A stretch of DNA of 62,855 bases, filler included, from Hausera hauseri (GCA_046269625.1; 11 parts of 11 records of this genome joined end to end with filler, not necessarily neighbours in it); one strand, 5' to 3'; numbered from the whole stretch's first letter, positions 38,091 to 51,491 are shown. Numbers and translations are program-made. The notes: generated by a model from the sequence alone, not told the origin.

Positions 38091-41000
38091 CTAAAGGTTT
38101 TTTAAACGGATCAATGCTTCGGATCTCGTTATGATTGACGATGTTTTCCTTTCTTTATTAACTTTATTCGAACGCAAATTATAGCGTTTATCTGGTCGGA
38201 TTTCCATTTTAACTACTCGCTGAATTGATATAGTCTCTTCCTTTCCACTTATATTTATATAAACTGTTGTCGGTGTAACCTTAGTAATTTCATAAGGTCC
38301 CCTACCGGTTCTAGTAAGTTTAAGAGATGTGCCCTTTCTCACCACTGAATAGTGTACGTAAACACAGTTTCCGGGTTTTATATCGTGTGGTGTAGCCTTC
38401 TTATCATAGTGCTTCTTAAATTGTTCCTGGCATTCTTTAGATAATTCTTTGGCTATTTCCCAACACCTGTGCAATCATGATTGTAATACTTCGATAAAAT
38501 TCTGCTCTAAATCTTCCGTTCTATTTGTGTATGGAATCAGTCCTAAATCGGTAGGCAGGACAGCTTGTCTGCCGTACGTCATAAAAAATGGAGTGAATCC
38601 TGTCGTAGTATGTGGAGTAGTATTAATGGCGAACTGTGTGCCTTCTAAGAACTCATCCCAATCTTTCTGGTCCTTCGCGACTACTGTCGATAAGATCCGT
38701 ATAATGGTCGCATTCATTCGCTCGACCATTCCGTTGCATTGGGGATGGTAAACTGTGGTAGTTAATCGTTCGATCTCAAAAATCGTAGTAATTTTCTCGA
38801 ATAGTTCAGTCGTGAAGTTTCTTCCTCGATCTGTCAATATTTGTTCGGGTGGCCCGTATCTGCAAATGATTTTCCGGACTACTGCTTCTGCCAACGCCTC
38901 GGTCTTTTGGTCTAATAGGGCTATAAGCTCGACGAAATGAGTCAATCGATCTACACACGTCAGAATGTATTTGTTATTCTTGTGGGTCGTAGGCAAAGGT
39001 CCTACAATATACATAGACATTGCTTGCATTGGTCTATCTAGCACGTCGATAGGCTTAAGCTCGGCGACGTAATTTTTTTCTTTTCTTTGCTTGGTTGCGC
39101 ATACTTCGCAAACATTCACCCAATTTCTTACGTCGATATAGATGCTCGGCCAATAGTATTTATTTAAAATCCTTTCTAATGTCTTCTTCCATGACAGGTG
39201 TCCAGCTAAGTAGGAATCATGTTTGGCCATGAGCACTTCCGTTCGTAGTCCTTTTGGTATGACGACCAATTTCCGTCCTTTTCGTTTGTAATATAACACA
39301 TTTTCGCGGTTCAAATCTCCAGTGATGCAGTATCTGTGACCATATCGTCGTAAGTGTTTCCGTAACTGATGACCCTTGGGTGTTACGTTGGTCTCAACGA
39401 ACTCGATAATTTGTTGTATAACCCTGTCTTTTCTCTGTTCGACAGCAATTTTTAATGCCTTATCCAGTGTGCGAGTCCGTTGTCTCTACTAAGTCTTCAA
39501 GGTGAGCTTTTCTCATTACCGTAACTGCGCTTGTTTTGGTTTTAAGTCTCGATAATGCGTCAGCATCGACATGCTTACTTCCGGGCTTATATTGGAACTC
39601 GATATTATATCGCGATATCTCCTCAATCCATCTGTTGAGTCTACAAGTTGGATTATTCGCTCTACCCTTCAAGGTTGTAACTGCCTTGTGATCCGGAACG
39701 ATTATGATCTTTTGTCCGTAGACATATACATTGAAATGCCGCAGTGCTTCTTTTACTGCTAATGTTTCTAGTTCAGTAACAGAATAGTTCTTTTCTACTT
39801 TTTTAGAGAACGTCCTCCGTATGCAATCGGATGTGCTAATTCCTCGTCTTCTCATTTTTGAGACAGTTCTTATCCGATACCTTCCTTACTGGCGTCTGTT
39901 TTGATTATTAATGGTAGGTTGAAGTCGGTATATCTTAAAACAGGTTAGTTAGTTAGTTAGAATTTTCTTCATTTCGTTAAAACCCTTTTGTTCAACATCG
40001 GTCCATTTCCATTTGATTTCTTTCTTTAATAAGCGATACAAGGGTGCATTTATCTTTGCGTTTTCTGGCACGTAGGTAGCGTAATATCCACATAATCCTA
40101 GCCAATGCCTCAATTCTTTTTGATTTTTGGGCTCCATGCAATCCGATATTTTACTTAATAGTGATTTATCGGGTTTTGATCCTCCTTCTCCAACTATATG
40201 TCCAAGGTAAGATACAGCATTCTGAGCCCATTTGCATTTCTTTGGATTCAGCTTTAATCCACCTTGTTCTAATCTCATGAGTGTACCTTCAATGTCCTTT
40301 AAATGTTAGTCTTTCGTTTTCGACGCAATCATGACGTCGTCCAAATAGGCGAACGCGTGTTCTAGTCCCATTAACATTTTGTTCATCATCCGGGTGAAGA
40401 TGGCTGGTCCGGTAGTTATTCCAAATGGCATAACATTAAATTCGTATATACCGTCGTGTGTCTTAAAGGCTGTCTTGTAACGATCTTCCTCTTCTATCTC
40501 TACTTGCCAATATCCAGATTGTAGATCAAGCGTGGTAAACCATTTAGCTCCCGAAAGTCTGTCCAAAGCTTCCTTTACTAATGGTAATGAAAAAGAGTCC
40601 TTCATCATAAGTGTATTTAATGCTCGATAGTCGATACAAAACCGGTGTTTACTGGTACCTTTCTTCTTAACCATAAGTATGGGCAAGTACCAAGATCGGT
40701 AGCTTGATCTAATTAAGTCGGCCCTTAACATTCGTTTAACTTCCTTAGTTATCTCTGGCCTTAACGAGTGTGGAGGAGGATACCATTTCTGCACCTTTTG
40801 ATCCTCTAAGTCTATTTCGTCATTCGATCCAGGCTTTTTCTTAAGCGGGATCGTGAGCCTTAAAGTTGTGGCTCGGCCGATATCTTTTTCGTCTCTCGCA
40901 ATAATTGAAATATAACAATAAAGTAATTCGTAAAATCGACAATACGACTCTGGTGAAAACTTAGTTTCTACGTGGGGCGGAAATTCGGTGCCCTTATATG

Positions 41001-41330
41001 GTTTTTCTTCGACAGTGATTGATGATACTCTATACGTGTGTCCCAAAGTGGTATTGGCGTAAAGTTTTATCGGAGTTGGTACATTATTGGCTATCCGGAT
41101 TGGCACACGACCAGGTGATACTCTTGTCAAGACATTGCTGAGCACGAATTTTGGATCGAGCGAATTTTTTGGCTCAAAACATATTGGCTGATCGTCATCT
41201 TGGCGTATCTGAGCATATATTAGGATTTCTGTTCTAGGCAGTATGGTTTCATCAGTGACATTTCCGATCCTGTATCTACTAGTGCATAAACCTCCCAATC
41301 TTCCAATTGAATCTTTGCATATGGCCTGCC
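38091..41330 (-). pseudogene. pol: Pol (PR partly deleted, RT, RH, IN)
   Basis: ALVDTGSE, RFCIDYRALN, YLDD, HDSYLAGH..CEVC, TDRGRNF, RGPYEI. Confidence 0.95.
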
Positions 41331-42161
41331 TGCGATCACTGTACCGTAATATCTTGGTGCTATCTTGGGTTGTCGTATGGTAGACATTTTGTAACCGTTA
41401 ATGGTAATTTCAGTGGTCCCGACTGGCTGCTCGACTAACTGTCTTAACTCCCCAATTGGGTATAGTGCGTTATTCGTTTCATTCGCGTTTTCCACTCTCT
41501 TGTTTCTAACTGGCGGCTAAAAATCTGAGGTTCGGAGATTTCGTGTTTCATGGCTTCGAGTAAATATCGATTGCGTTTCGTTCGGCTTAGGTATTCTGGG
41601 CAAGTAAATTATACCGTGGTCGTTGACTGCTGATCTATGGTGTAGAATCGAGGTTTTCTCTGTTTCGTGGATCTTACGCAGTATCCCATAGCGTTTCGTT
41701 GCTTCGTAAGGATCCTGTAAACTAAACGGCTTCCGATAGAGGTCCGTCAGGCACGAACTCATAGATTGTTTCTCACAATCTTCATACATGGGTGTTGTTG
41801 GTGGCAATATGAATAATGGTAGTTTCATAATGGAGTAATTTTTATGTCTGTTTGGTCTGAAAAGGACCTCTCCTCCCTTAGGCTCGTCATCATCGGAATT
41901 ACTTCTTCGTGTCTTACTATTTAAGAATTTTTGCCTCTAATCAATAACCAACATGTCGTTCTACATTTGTTTCTACTTTTTCTCTTCATAAGCCTTTAAG
42001 AATTTGCCAAAGGGAGTGATAATAGCCGTTAAAATATTGCACGAAAATCCTGTTAAGGTAAATATCTCGTATTCGTTTATGATGGACTGAATTATAGCTT
42101 TTACCAGTTGAATTAAAAAATATATCGCTAGAAATCCTGACGCAGCTTGTCCGAATATTAG
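41330..42161 (-). pseudogene. env: Env TM, cytoplasmic tail and linker to protease
   Basis: Homologous to 17110-17940 of copy A (LIFGQAASGFLAIYFL..LKAYEE..SDDDEPKGGE..PPTTPM..YGTV..GR). Confidence 0.85.
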
Positions 42162-42261
42162 NNNNNNNNNNNNNNNNNNNNNNNNNNNNNNNNNNNNNNN
42201 NNNNNTTAATTAATTAANNNNNNNNNNNNNNNNNNNNNNNNNNNNNNNNNNNNNNNNNNNN

Positions 42262-43770
42262 AACCGGAAACTGTCGATGAAGCGAAGTCGGATTTTTCCA
42301 ACATGTTTGGTGAATGTGATATATTTCTCCTCACTGTTAGGGATCACATCCATATTGACATCAATGTTGCCTAATTTTCGGACTATAAAGTGTCTGTTAT
42401 AGCCGCTGAGATTATGGAATACTACAGGCACATATGTGCATGTTTTGTAGCGAAGATTGCAGTTGTTACATGCTGCGCCTCGATATACACCTGTAAAATG
42501 GTAGTGCTCCTTGACTTTCCAATTTTTCTTGGTGAAGGACTTGTCGCACAAGTAGCATAATGTTGCATTGTGCCATTCTTCTTCTTGCATCCAAGACATG
42601 CTCATGTCATCCTTATGTTGTTGCAACATTTTTTCTAGCTTATGAGCCATGTCTTCAAGTCTCTTCATGAAATATGCTGCTGTACTTGGACCCCTGAATA
42701 TATATGGTTCACTGTCCAATCGTTTGGCATACATACAATACGATGAGAGTTCGTAATATAGGTATGCCATTGTAGTGGTATATTGAGGACTGGGACTGCA
42801 TATGTGAATTGGTCTAAGAATGGCCTCAAAGTCGCAATAGACAAAAACTGGGACCTTGATCTTCTTCTCGAATTGCTTAAATTCAATATAGTCATCTTTG
42901 GGAAATTCTGGCCTTACACAATAATTGTTGTTGCAGTATATCTTGTGCTCTTTAAGCTTGTCCACGGCCTCTTCACGACTGAAATGGGACAATCATCGTT
43001 TGCATATTTCGATTCCGTGTTCATGCTTTGTTATTGGGAATCTGACTAAACGCTCAAAGTTCTTTATACAAACATAATGTTTCTTATCACTATCGAATAG
43101 TAAGAGCAGATCTCTATGATCTTCCAATTCAGCCTCACAGATTTGTAAGGGGTAGAATATGTCCTTCTCATCCAATCCAAAGATATTGATGGACATGTTG
43201 TTGATTTGGTTAAACTTCTTAATTCCATCTAAAGATGGAGGGAACTTAATACGTTGGAAGTCTTAGTTGTGCTGCACATCCGTATATAGCCAAATCCGAT
43301 CAGATGCATGCCTTTGATCCGTTATGAGTTTTGATAGAATGGCATACATGAAGCACCTGTTGTCATTATTGCGGACATTGATGCAAGCATTTTTCTGCTG
43401 AATCCATTCCGGAAGCTGCATATATGAACTGCCTCGCATGGGAGAGTATCTGCGTACATATACAAGCAGTCTCTTCATGGTTGCCAGAACCCATCCACTC
43501 TTCTTATCATGGCTTTCGTCGGCTTCACGGATCAGCTTCGTATGCTCTTAATGCAGCCAATCAGTTATATTTCTGTTTTCCAATATGGGCCTATTTTTGG
43601 TCTTAAAAACCCTATTTGATTCTTCAGCATCGACAGTGATGCATGTGGCCTCAAGTTTCATATTAACCTTAAGAGACTTGAGCTAAGTTATATTGTCCTA
43701 AAAGATCCTCTTTGTTTCTTCCTTTGCATATTCCAGGAACTCCTTAATGGTTCTTTGCCCAGCTGCATCA
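42262..43770 (-). pseudogene. Polinton protein-primed family B DNA polymerase, N-terminal/exonuclease part with endonuclease VII-like insert
   Basis: GSSYMQLPEWI..INVRNNDNRCFMYAIL, FVYCDFEAIL, CYLC..EHYHFTGVYRGAACNNCNL, VVFHNLSGY, FIDSFR. Confidence 0.92.
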
Positions 43771-43796
43771 ATGACATATTTGCGGAATTTTTTTCT

Positions 43797-44528
43797 TTAA
43801 TGCAGCAGCATCAACTGGCCGGTGTCTTTGGCTTTTTGCGGAGTCGCTACGCCTGTTAAGCCTGAGGCATCTGATGGACCTGATGGGCGTTTTAATTCTA
43901 AATCTCGATGTACTGCAGGCTGTACTGCTACAGGCTGTATCGCAGGCTGTACTGCAAGCTGTACTGCTGCAGGCTGTATTGTTGCAATGGCTGTACTGCT
44001 CACTGTGCAACTAACCTATGCTCATTAAATATGATCTTCTTGGACTTTGATGCGAAGTCAGTCAAATGATGCTTATGATCTTCATAGAACTGTATGTATT
44101 CTCCATCACATACAGTCTCACATCCAGGGAAAATATAATAGAGGATCCTATTGAATTTGTGGCCATAATAGCTCCTCATGGTATTGTGACAATTCTCAGG
44201 GTTATGTATTGTACATGTGCAATACAAATGAACCGCACCTTTGGTTTTCTTTTGGCACAAAAGACGTTATTGGCATATTGGTACTGAATATTTGTTTTTT
44301 CCACTTGGCTAAGCAAATCAAGTGCTGTTTATGGATATTGTAAAATTCCTCGTACCCTGTCCTACACACTACCTCACATGTAGGGCATATATAATATTGA
44401 ATCCTGTTGAACATATGGCCAAAGTTTTTCTTCATAATACTATGGCAATTTTCCGGCTCATGGATTGGAGCCAAGCATTTTTGTAAAGTTCGCACATCTA
44501 AAACAAAGCAATTATTTGATGAGCACAA
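43797..44528 (-). pseudogene. Tandem Cys/His-rich domain pair plus VQPA repeats upstream of pPolB
   Basis: Two about 70-aa copies of C..IH.PENCH..M...GH.FNRI.YYI.P.CE.VC...Y..FY..HK.HL; frameshifted into QPAAVQLAVQPAIQPVAVQPAV. Confidence 0.6.
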
Positions 44529-44716
44529 ATAAGAAGGAAAGTTACCATTCGCGGAAGTGAATTTCGAAAATAATGAAAAATATAGCTGTCAGCGTGCACT
44601 GTATAATTTTTGATAATTGATGCAGCAAAACAAAAACACGTACGGAAACAATTTTGATGCAGTAAAACAAAACACATGTAAGGAAATAATTTTAATGGTG
44701 GGGTAAATTGGGCACC

Positions 44717-46049
44717 TCATACTGTTGTCAATGTTGTATTATCAGCATCATGCGTTTGTTTTAATGCATCAAACGATTTAAATATCTGGCGGCGCCATAT
44801 TCGGTTTTCATATATGCGGCATCGATTAAAGCTATCAGATTCTTCGAATAATGCATTCTTGACCGAATATTCGAGTTCGAGTCGATATTTCTTCGAGTTC
44901 GAATAATGTTTTCGATGATGTAACACCAGATTCGCATTCTCCACATATGCTTTCCTATCCATGTGCGCTTAAAGATTTACCGATTTCAATGTGCTTCACC
45001 TTCAAAATCACCTCAATTACTTAATCAATATAACATACCTTGCATTTATTAAGCACTTTAGCATATTTGAAAAACCTTGTTTTTATACAATGCAATATAC
45101 TAAACCGCACTACTGTTGATTACCATATAGATTTTCGACCACGAGGATTCGAATGCCTTCATCTGATTCTTCGAATAATGCTCGCTTGAACCAGTTTTAG
45201 AGTTCAAATAGCCAAGTATTCGACTTGTAAGCTCGAATTCGAATACCTAACATCATATTCCCATTCGGCATACATGACTTCCTATCCAGCCCCGCTATTA
45301 GATTTATCGATTTCCGCTTCACTGCGCTTTAAATGCACATTTTGCTTATTTCGAAATATTGATTTTATGCCTATATAGTACATTTTCATAGAATAATTTT
45401 TATGTACAAGGAGGTTCTCATATACGAGGAATCGATTGCCGATGTTAGATTTTTCGAATAGTTCGATATTCGATATTCGAGCCAAAAAATTTTCGAATTT
45501 CGAGCCTTCGACTCGAGATTCGAGCTCGTCATAACCATTTTCATATCTGTCTCCGCTCAATGTTATATCGAATTTTGCTTCCTTAGAGACTAGAAAACAT
45601 ATTCTAATTCGCCCAATTTTGCACTTTGCATCTACGTTAATTGATAATTAATTGATAAATTTAAATTCTAACTACACATTCATATACTACACCATGTTGC
45701 CTTTCGAATGCACCCGGTCACATGTCCTTATCATCAATATTGGAAATATCGGAAATTCGATATTATTGATTTTTGCACACTTGAACATGTGCTGCACACC
45801 TGCATAGTGCACAAATCGATGCGCACTGATGTGCACTATCGATTAGCACTTTATCCAGATCGATGCGATCAACACTGCACTGTGCAGCGATCGATTTGTT
45901 AAATGTGTAAAAGTGTCATAGCAACGGTGCCTAGCGGTAACGTCGCCTAGCACTCTATGGGTCAATAGGGCACCGTGTGTTCTATCGATTGGCACGTGTG
46001 CAGTATCGATTCCTGGGGGGTGGGACCGAACCGCCATTTTCCCTCTACT
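44717..46049 (-). repeat. Polinton terminal/subterminal repeat region, terminus AGTAG at 46049
   Basis: Homologous to 35322-36310 in reverse complement; about 330-bp units (TTCTTCGAATAATGC at about 44841 and 45168). Confidence 0.65.
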
Positions 46050-46930
46050 CTTCACCTTCAATTTTACCTTTTAAGATAAGTCAATTAATTAAAACAAAAC
46101 AAACTCCTTTTAATTACATAATATTTATTACATAATTAAAACATTTTGAAAAACCTTGTATTAATCGACAATGGTGCACTGCATGGCGCTAACTTTGATT
46201 TTCTTATAGGTTTTCGCGTATGGGGAATCGAATGCCATCCTCTGATTCTTCGAATAATGCATGCTTGATCGATGTTTCGAGTTTGAATAGCTAATTAATC
46301 GATTTAGAATAATGTATTCGAATATCTAACACCAGATTCGGATTCATTATATATGCTTTTCTATTTATGTGTACTAAAAGATATATCGATTTTAGTGTGC
46401 TTCACCTTCAAATTCACCCCAATTGCTTAATCAGTATACGAATTGCTCAGCATTTATTAAGTACTTTTACCATATTGGAAAACCTTGTTTTTGTGTACTG
46501 CAATGCATTGCACCGCACTAATATTGATTGTCATATAGATTTTTGCTCATGGGGAATCGAATGGCTTCATTAGATTCCTCGAATAATGCATGTTTGACCG
46601 AATATTCGAGTTCAAATAGCTAAGTGTTCGATTTGTAAGCAAGAATTCGAATTCCGGATGCCATATTCCGATTCGGCATATATGTATATGTATATATGTA
46701 TGTTTTTGCAACTCACAGTATATATAAAGGTGCATCTGTATGTGCTCTATCTATCTGCACTTGATCCCGATCAATTCCATCAATTCTACGCTGCACAACT
46801 GCAAAAGTGCGTAAAGTGAAAAAGTGCTCCTGCACACCGATCAATAATCACACCAATCTCCATTCGTGCATTATTTGATACTACATAAAGTACTGTACAC
46901 GCCAGTATATGTGCCATATTCATATTGATT
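46050..46930 (-). repeat. Second fragment of the same Polinton terminal-repeat family
   Basis: Unit motif again at about 46248 and 46577; 46735-46930 matches the reverse complement of about 35760-35960. Confidence 0.7.
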
Positions 46931-47667
46931 TAAATTTTTTCAATGAATGTTTGGTTCTCTGGAAGTGTCCTTTGTCTTCTGTCAAATTTCGGAATTTAGG
47001 CACTAGATTAATAATCATAAATAATTCCTGTATAAAATGTCAATTATAATTACTTTTATCGAGTTTGTTTAATACACTGCACATTTGTTTAGCTATTTAG
47101 TCGACTAATGCAAAATGGCTGACCTCCATAATTATTTTCTTATTTTGAATTTTTATCAAAACTATTTTATTTTACGAAAGATATTACTTACAATCCGAAT
47201 TTTTTTTAAATCGATAGGAGAAATCGATTTCTCAACAAATTTTAGTTATAATGATAAAGGTAGGAAAACAATTGTGGAGATCAAAATGGCTATGCTAAAT
47301 GCTGAAAATCACTATTTATTTATTCACTGAATTTATTACTTACCATTTGTTATACAGGGTGTTTTTAAGACTTAATAGTAGCCAATATTTATATTTTTGC
47401 TTACGGTTGAGATTTGCGTAGCAATTAAGGCCATATTTGGGTGTATAGACAAAATGGAAATATTTTTATTGCACTATAACACACAATATATATTTATACA
47501 TTCACGAACTGTAAGCAAAAATTAAATTAATTTGAACTATGAAATCTTAAAAAACAAGCTCTATATACATATATTTACAATCACGTTGATTACATAACAT
47601 CATTAACACTGGTGACGTGACATGACCATATTTGAGCTGTTGTATGCTTCAGCTTTTCGCCTAATTA

Positions 47668-48118
47668 GATATGAAGTTGAACAAAGCGATGCTGACCCGA
47701 TATGGTACTGGTGATGTAACTACTGATGGGGCTGTAGATGTGATGCAAAAGGCTTGTTGGAATAGTATGGTCATCGATTTTTGGTGAAATTTCACAGAAA
47801 TTGAAATGCTGTGGCACATACAACAAAATGGAGTGGCTCGATTCTGTGTGGCATGCCAATCAGTTTGGTCAAATAAAAATTGAGGTTCCATCGAGTTGCT
47901 GTATCGATTCGGATTGTGAGTACAACTCAACTTCAAGAAACACGTACACCAATGGGTGTATATCACAATTAAAATCGTTCCTCAAAACATGTTTCCCCAT
48001 TGTAATCGGCATCGCATTGGGAATTGCAATATTTAATACATTGTTTCTTATCTACATTGTATGTCTCTGTTGTAATGCGTATGTCCAGCATCAGTCTGTG
48101 TACTATCATACTATATGA
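47668..48118 (+). CDS. Tetraspanin, 3' exons (EC2 loop + TM4)
   Basis: AVDVMQK / short intron ending TTCACAG at 47797 / KLKCCG..W..VPSSCC..NGCI..TM4 IVIGIALGIAIFNTLFLIYIVCLCC; 5' exons not identified, so it may be a fragment. Confidence 0.85.
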
Positions 48119-48669
48119 ACATTTAACACAATTTACTTCTATGCATGCTTTTGATGTATCTATTATTTTTACATCGATGTATTGTCATACTTTTATGTTA
48201 GAATATATGTTCTGTGTGTCTTTGCGTGCATTTCCTTGTCCATGACTCGTTTTGCCCATTTATTATCGTCCATATCCTCAGGCTTGTTCATTCAAATGCA
48301 CCCTTTCTGTTGTGTTGATATAATATTGAATATCAACTGAGGAAGTGAAGAGAAGAATAGTGGTTGGTCACTTTCAATAAACAATTGCAGAAGTTAGACA
48401 TTACACTTTTTCTCGTCAAGTGGACGACATTGACGGGTTAGGGTTAGAAATTTTATACATAAACTTTCCACCAATTTTCTTTTATTTTTACGCACACCAC
48501 GCTTACAGCAAAACATTTCGCCCATCCCTTTGTCTCTCACATCGAAAATCCCTTTTACCACTTTCCATCCAACCACAAATATCCTCGAAGCTGACTCGTT
48601 GGACGTCTTTCCCCCAAGTGGTAATCTCTTTAACATTACCACAACTGACTTTTCATACAATTCAATTCG

Positions 48670-49722
48670 CTAGGTCCATTGTATTGGTTTTTGAATCACA
48701 TTTGAGGTTTCCCCCATTTTAACTAAATCCCCTATTTCCATTGACATCATTTTTTCTAGAGAGGCCTTAAACCACTGACCACACATCACTACTATAAACA
48801 AACCATCTCCCTTTATGCTATGTCTCGACCCATTTACCATACCCGTTTCAATCATACAAATAATCCCCCCTGTAATACAACCCACAGCGAAACCAAGAAA
48901 GGAGATATAATAACGAATCATAACAATATTATTGAATTCACCTCTATCGTCAAAATTCCATTCACTGTCACGTATCCCGGACATCCGGAGCTTTACTTCT
49001 CCACAGTAAAACCAAAGCTTATAAGTAATTCGCGATCTTTCCATATCGAGGTGTCTGTGACTATTATCCATTACACCATGATTTGATTTGTATATATTTC
49101 CGTCATTCCTTGACTTTACGTCTTCCTGCATCATCGACTGTAACCTCGAGGAATTATTCCGGTGAGTTTCTTGTATATAACGAGTTTGAGTATACGATTT
49201 GGTTCCTTTGTCGTCGATTCGAAGATTATTTACGTTATTAGCCATAACACAGTGATGTGTGATGATATAATTCAAACATCCAACAAACCAAAATATTCTC
49301 TTTTCTCCGTTTTTATTTAATGAAACCATATAATTTCGTTTCTTTGTAACTTGGAACGAAACTTCAACAATCAATTCATTTATATCCCATGATGAAGAAA
49401 ATAACATGAGCTTCAATTGCACGACAGAATTTACAACGATTATCTCCGATATAACCGTTTTGACAACTGATTCCATTTCTGATTTCATTTCATTGTATTG
49501 TTTGTACAAATTCGCTACATTATCTTCATTTTTGCAGTCAATACCGAAGACTGATATATCATAACGTATTTTATCCCATTTCGACATTAATTTTACCATA
49601 TTTAATTGTCTGATCATCATTTCTGTCTTCCTTTTGAATAGATCATAAAGATATACTGTTGAAACCTGACTGATTAGTTGGGGAATCCAACCAACATCAA
49701 GAAGATTAAGTAAAGAAGTCAA
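48670..49722 (-). CDS. Orphan 350-aa ORF, possible TM near the C-terminus
   Basis: Long uninterrupted frame in AT-rich DNA; no recognisable motif. Confidence 0.3.
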   Translation of the reverse strand: MTSLLNLLDVGWIPQLISQVSTVYLYDLFKRKTEMMIRQLNMVKLMSKWDKIRYDISVFGIDCKNEDNVANLYKQYNEMKSEMESVVKTVISEIIVVNSVVQLKLMLFSSSWDINELIVEVSFQVTKKRNYMVSLNKNGEKRIFWFVGCLNYIITHHCVMANNVNNLRIDDKGTKSYTQTRYIQETHRNNSSRLQSMMQEDVKSRNDGNIYKSNHGVMDNSHRHLDMERSRITYKLWFYCGEVKLRMSGIRDSEWNFDDRGEFNNIVMIRYYISFLGFAVGCITGGIICMIETGMVNGSRHSIKGDGLFIVVMCGQWFKASLEKMMSMEIGDLVKMGETSNVIQKPIQWT

Positions 49723-50019
49723 GTGGGTTTAAAATTATATATAGTGTATATATATATATATAGGTGTGTATGAGTATGTATAAATGTATGTGTATTCATA
49801 TGTTGGTTGCATTGTGCATTATGGTTGTATTAAAAATTGGGTTGTTAAAGGTTATATCGTTGGATGAGCGTGCATGATATATAGACAGAGTGTGCAAAAT
49901 AAATGTGAGTGTGACAAGATCACTGGCAGGGTTCGGAAAACTAGAGAGCGAGAATAATCATGGTTCACCGAGAGTTGAAGGCCGTTAGACAGTCTTTACA
50001 AAACTATTGTTTTATAATC

Positions 50020-51321
50020 TTGATATATCTCCTATTGAATCCTCATGATATATTCTCTAATCCTCCATAATACTGATATATTCCCTATTGATCTCCATAT
50101 TATCTTGGTATATTCCCTCTCTGTTCCCTACTTATTCCATATAATCCCCCATATATTTCTCCATATTCCTCATATATTCCCAATAAGCCTGCTATATTCC
50201 CCATATATTTTATCCATATTACTTATTAATCACCATATCCTTCAGATATTCCCTACTTATTCCCTATAATCTTCCATGTTCATCATATCTTCCCTCTATA
50301 TTCCCAATAAGCCTCCTATATTCCCCATATATTTTATCCATATTACTTATTAATCATCATACGCCTTCCCTTCTTAGTCCATATGGTACTCATATATATT
50401 CCACATAATCCTCCTATAATCCTCATATATTCCCTATAATCCTTCTATATATTCCCTACTTATTCCATATAATCCCCATATATGCCTTCATATTCCATAT
50501 AATCCTCATATATTTCCTTCATAGTCCATATTGTACTCATATATATTCCACATAATCCTCATATATTCCATATATTCCCTTCATATTCCCTATATTTCCT
50601 CAGAATGCCTCTATTTTGTCCATATATGTCTAATATGTTCTCCAGATGCCAACCATATTTTGTCTGTATTTCACTCTTATTTCCTGTACATTTTTGTCCA
50701 TATTTCCCACATATTCCCCATGTATTCCTCATATATTCCCTATTGATCAGTTATTATACTGGTATATTTCCCAAGTAGTCCTTATTATATTAGCATATTC
50801 CTTATCTAGTCCCTATTATCTTGCTATATTCCTTCTATATATTCCCTATAATCCTCATATATTCCCTCAATATTCCATATAATCCCATGTATTCCACATA
50901 TATTACTCATATATTCCTATTGATTCCTTATCATCTTCATATAGTCCCTATAATACTTGTATATTCCCCAAGTAGTCCTCATTATCTTGGTATATTTCCT
51001 CTATATATTCCATATTATCCTCATATATTCCCTATAATCCTCATATATTCCATCCCTTTGCCTTATAATCCTGATATATTTCTGCTTATGTAACCCGTGC
51101 TTTGCTTATATTTTACATGTATTTTTACCTACAATGTCCCCATATAACTTATGTAAGCCATATATTACCTTAATATCACCCATATATCACACACACGCAC
51201 ATCACATGTATTTTGCTCACCCATATATTGTATGTGTGTTCTCAATAATTATTCACCATATCCCCAATATATTACCATATATTTCCTATATGTTCCTCAA
51301 TATTGCCTATATATTCCTCAC
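50020..51321. repeat. Degenerate G-poor minisatellite (ATATTCCCTATAATCCTCAT-like)
   Basis: Recurrent TATATTCC(C/A)TATAATCC motifs; strong strand asymmetry; runs into a gap. Confidence 0.85.
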
Positions 51322-51421
51322 NNNNNNNNNNNNNNNNNNNNNNNNNNNNNNNNNNNNNNNNNNNNTTAATTAATTAANNNNNNNNNNNNNNNNNNNNNNN
51401 NNNNNNNNNNNNNNNNNNNNN

Positions 51422-51491
51422 AATCTTAATTTAAATTTAAAATTGTATCTGATTTAAATTTAGAACTTCTGTTATCAATTATATCCTCACA
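51422..51491 (-). repeat. Start of a TGTGAG-family LTR
   Basis: Reverse complement TGTGAGGATATAAT.., same as the LTR start at 54865; truncated by a gap. Confidence 0.7.

Larger units (their letters stand above)
36502..42161 (-). mobile_element. Env-bearing Ty3/gypsy element, copy B (env TM/tail - PR - RT - RH - IN - membrane ORF - orphan ORF)
   Basis: Close paralog of copy A throughout (e.g. FGQAASGFLAIYFL, KPDKSLL.KISDCMEP); extends past IN. Confidence 0.95.

Noticed and set aside
41517-41519. Programmed UAG readthrough between env tail and protease
   Set aside because: The stop is not present at the homologous position in copy A; treated as decay pending a consensus
35322-46049. One complete Polinton bounded by inverted AGTAG termini with a nested gypsy
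   Set aside because: Spans two artificial joins, the repeats are visibly diverged, and the flanks (TTTATG vs CTTCAC) show no 6-bp TSD
44717-46930. CRISPR-like array or coding ORFs within the periodic repeats
   Set aside because: Eukaryotic context, units are about 330 bp with no unique spacers, no cas genes; the ORFs are short and not conserved in frame
50045-51373. His/Ile/Pro/Tyr-rich ORFs
   Set aside because: By-products of the low-complexity repeat
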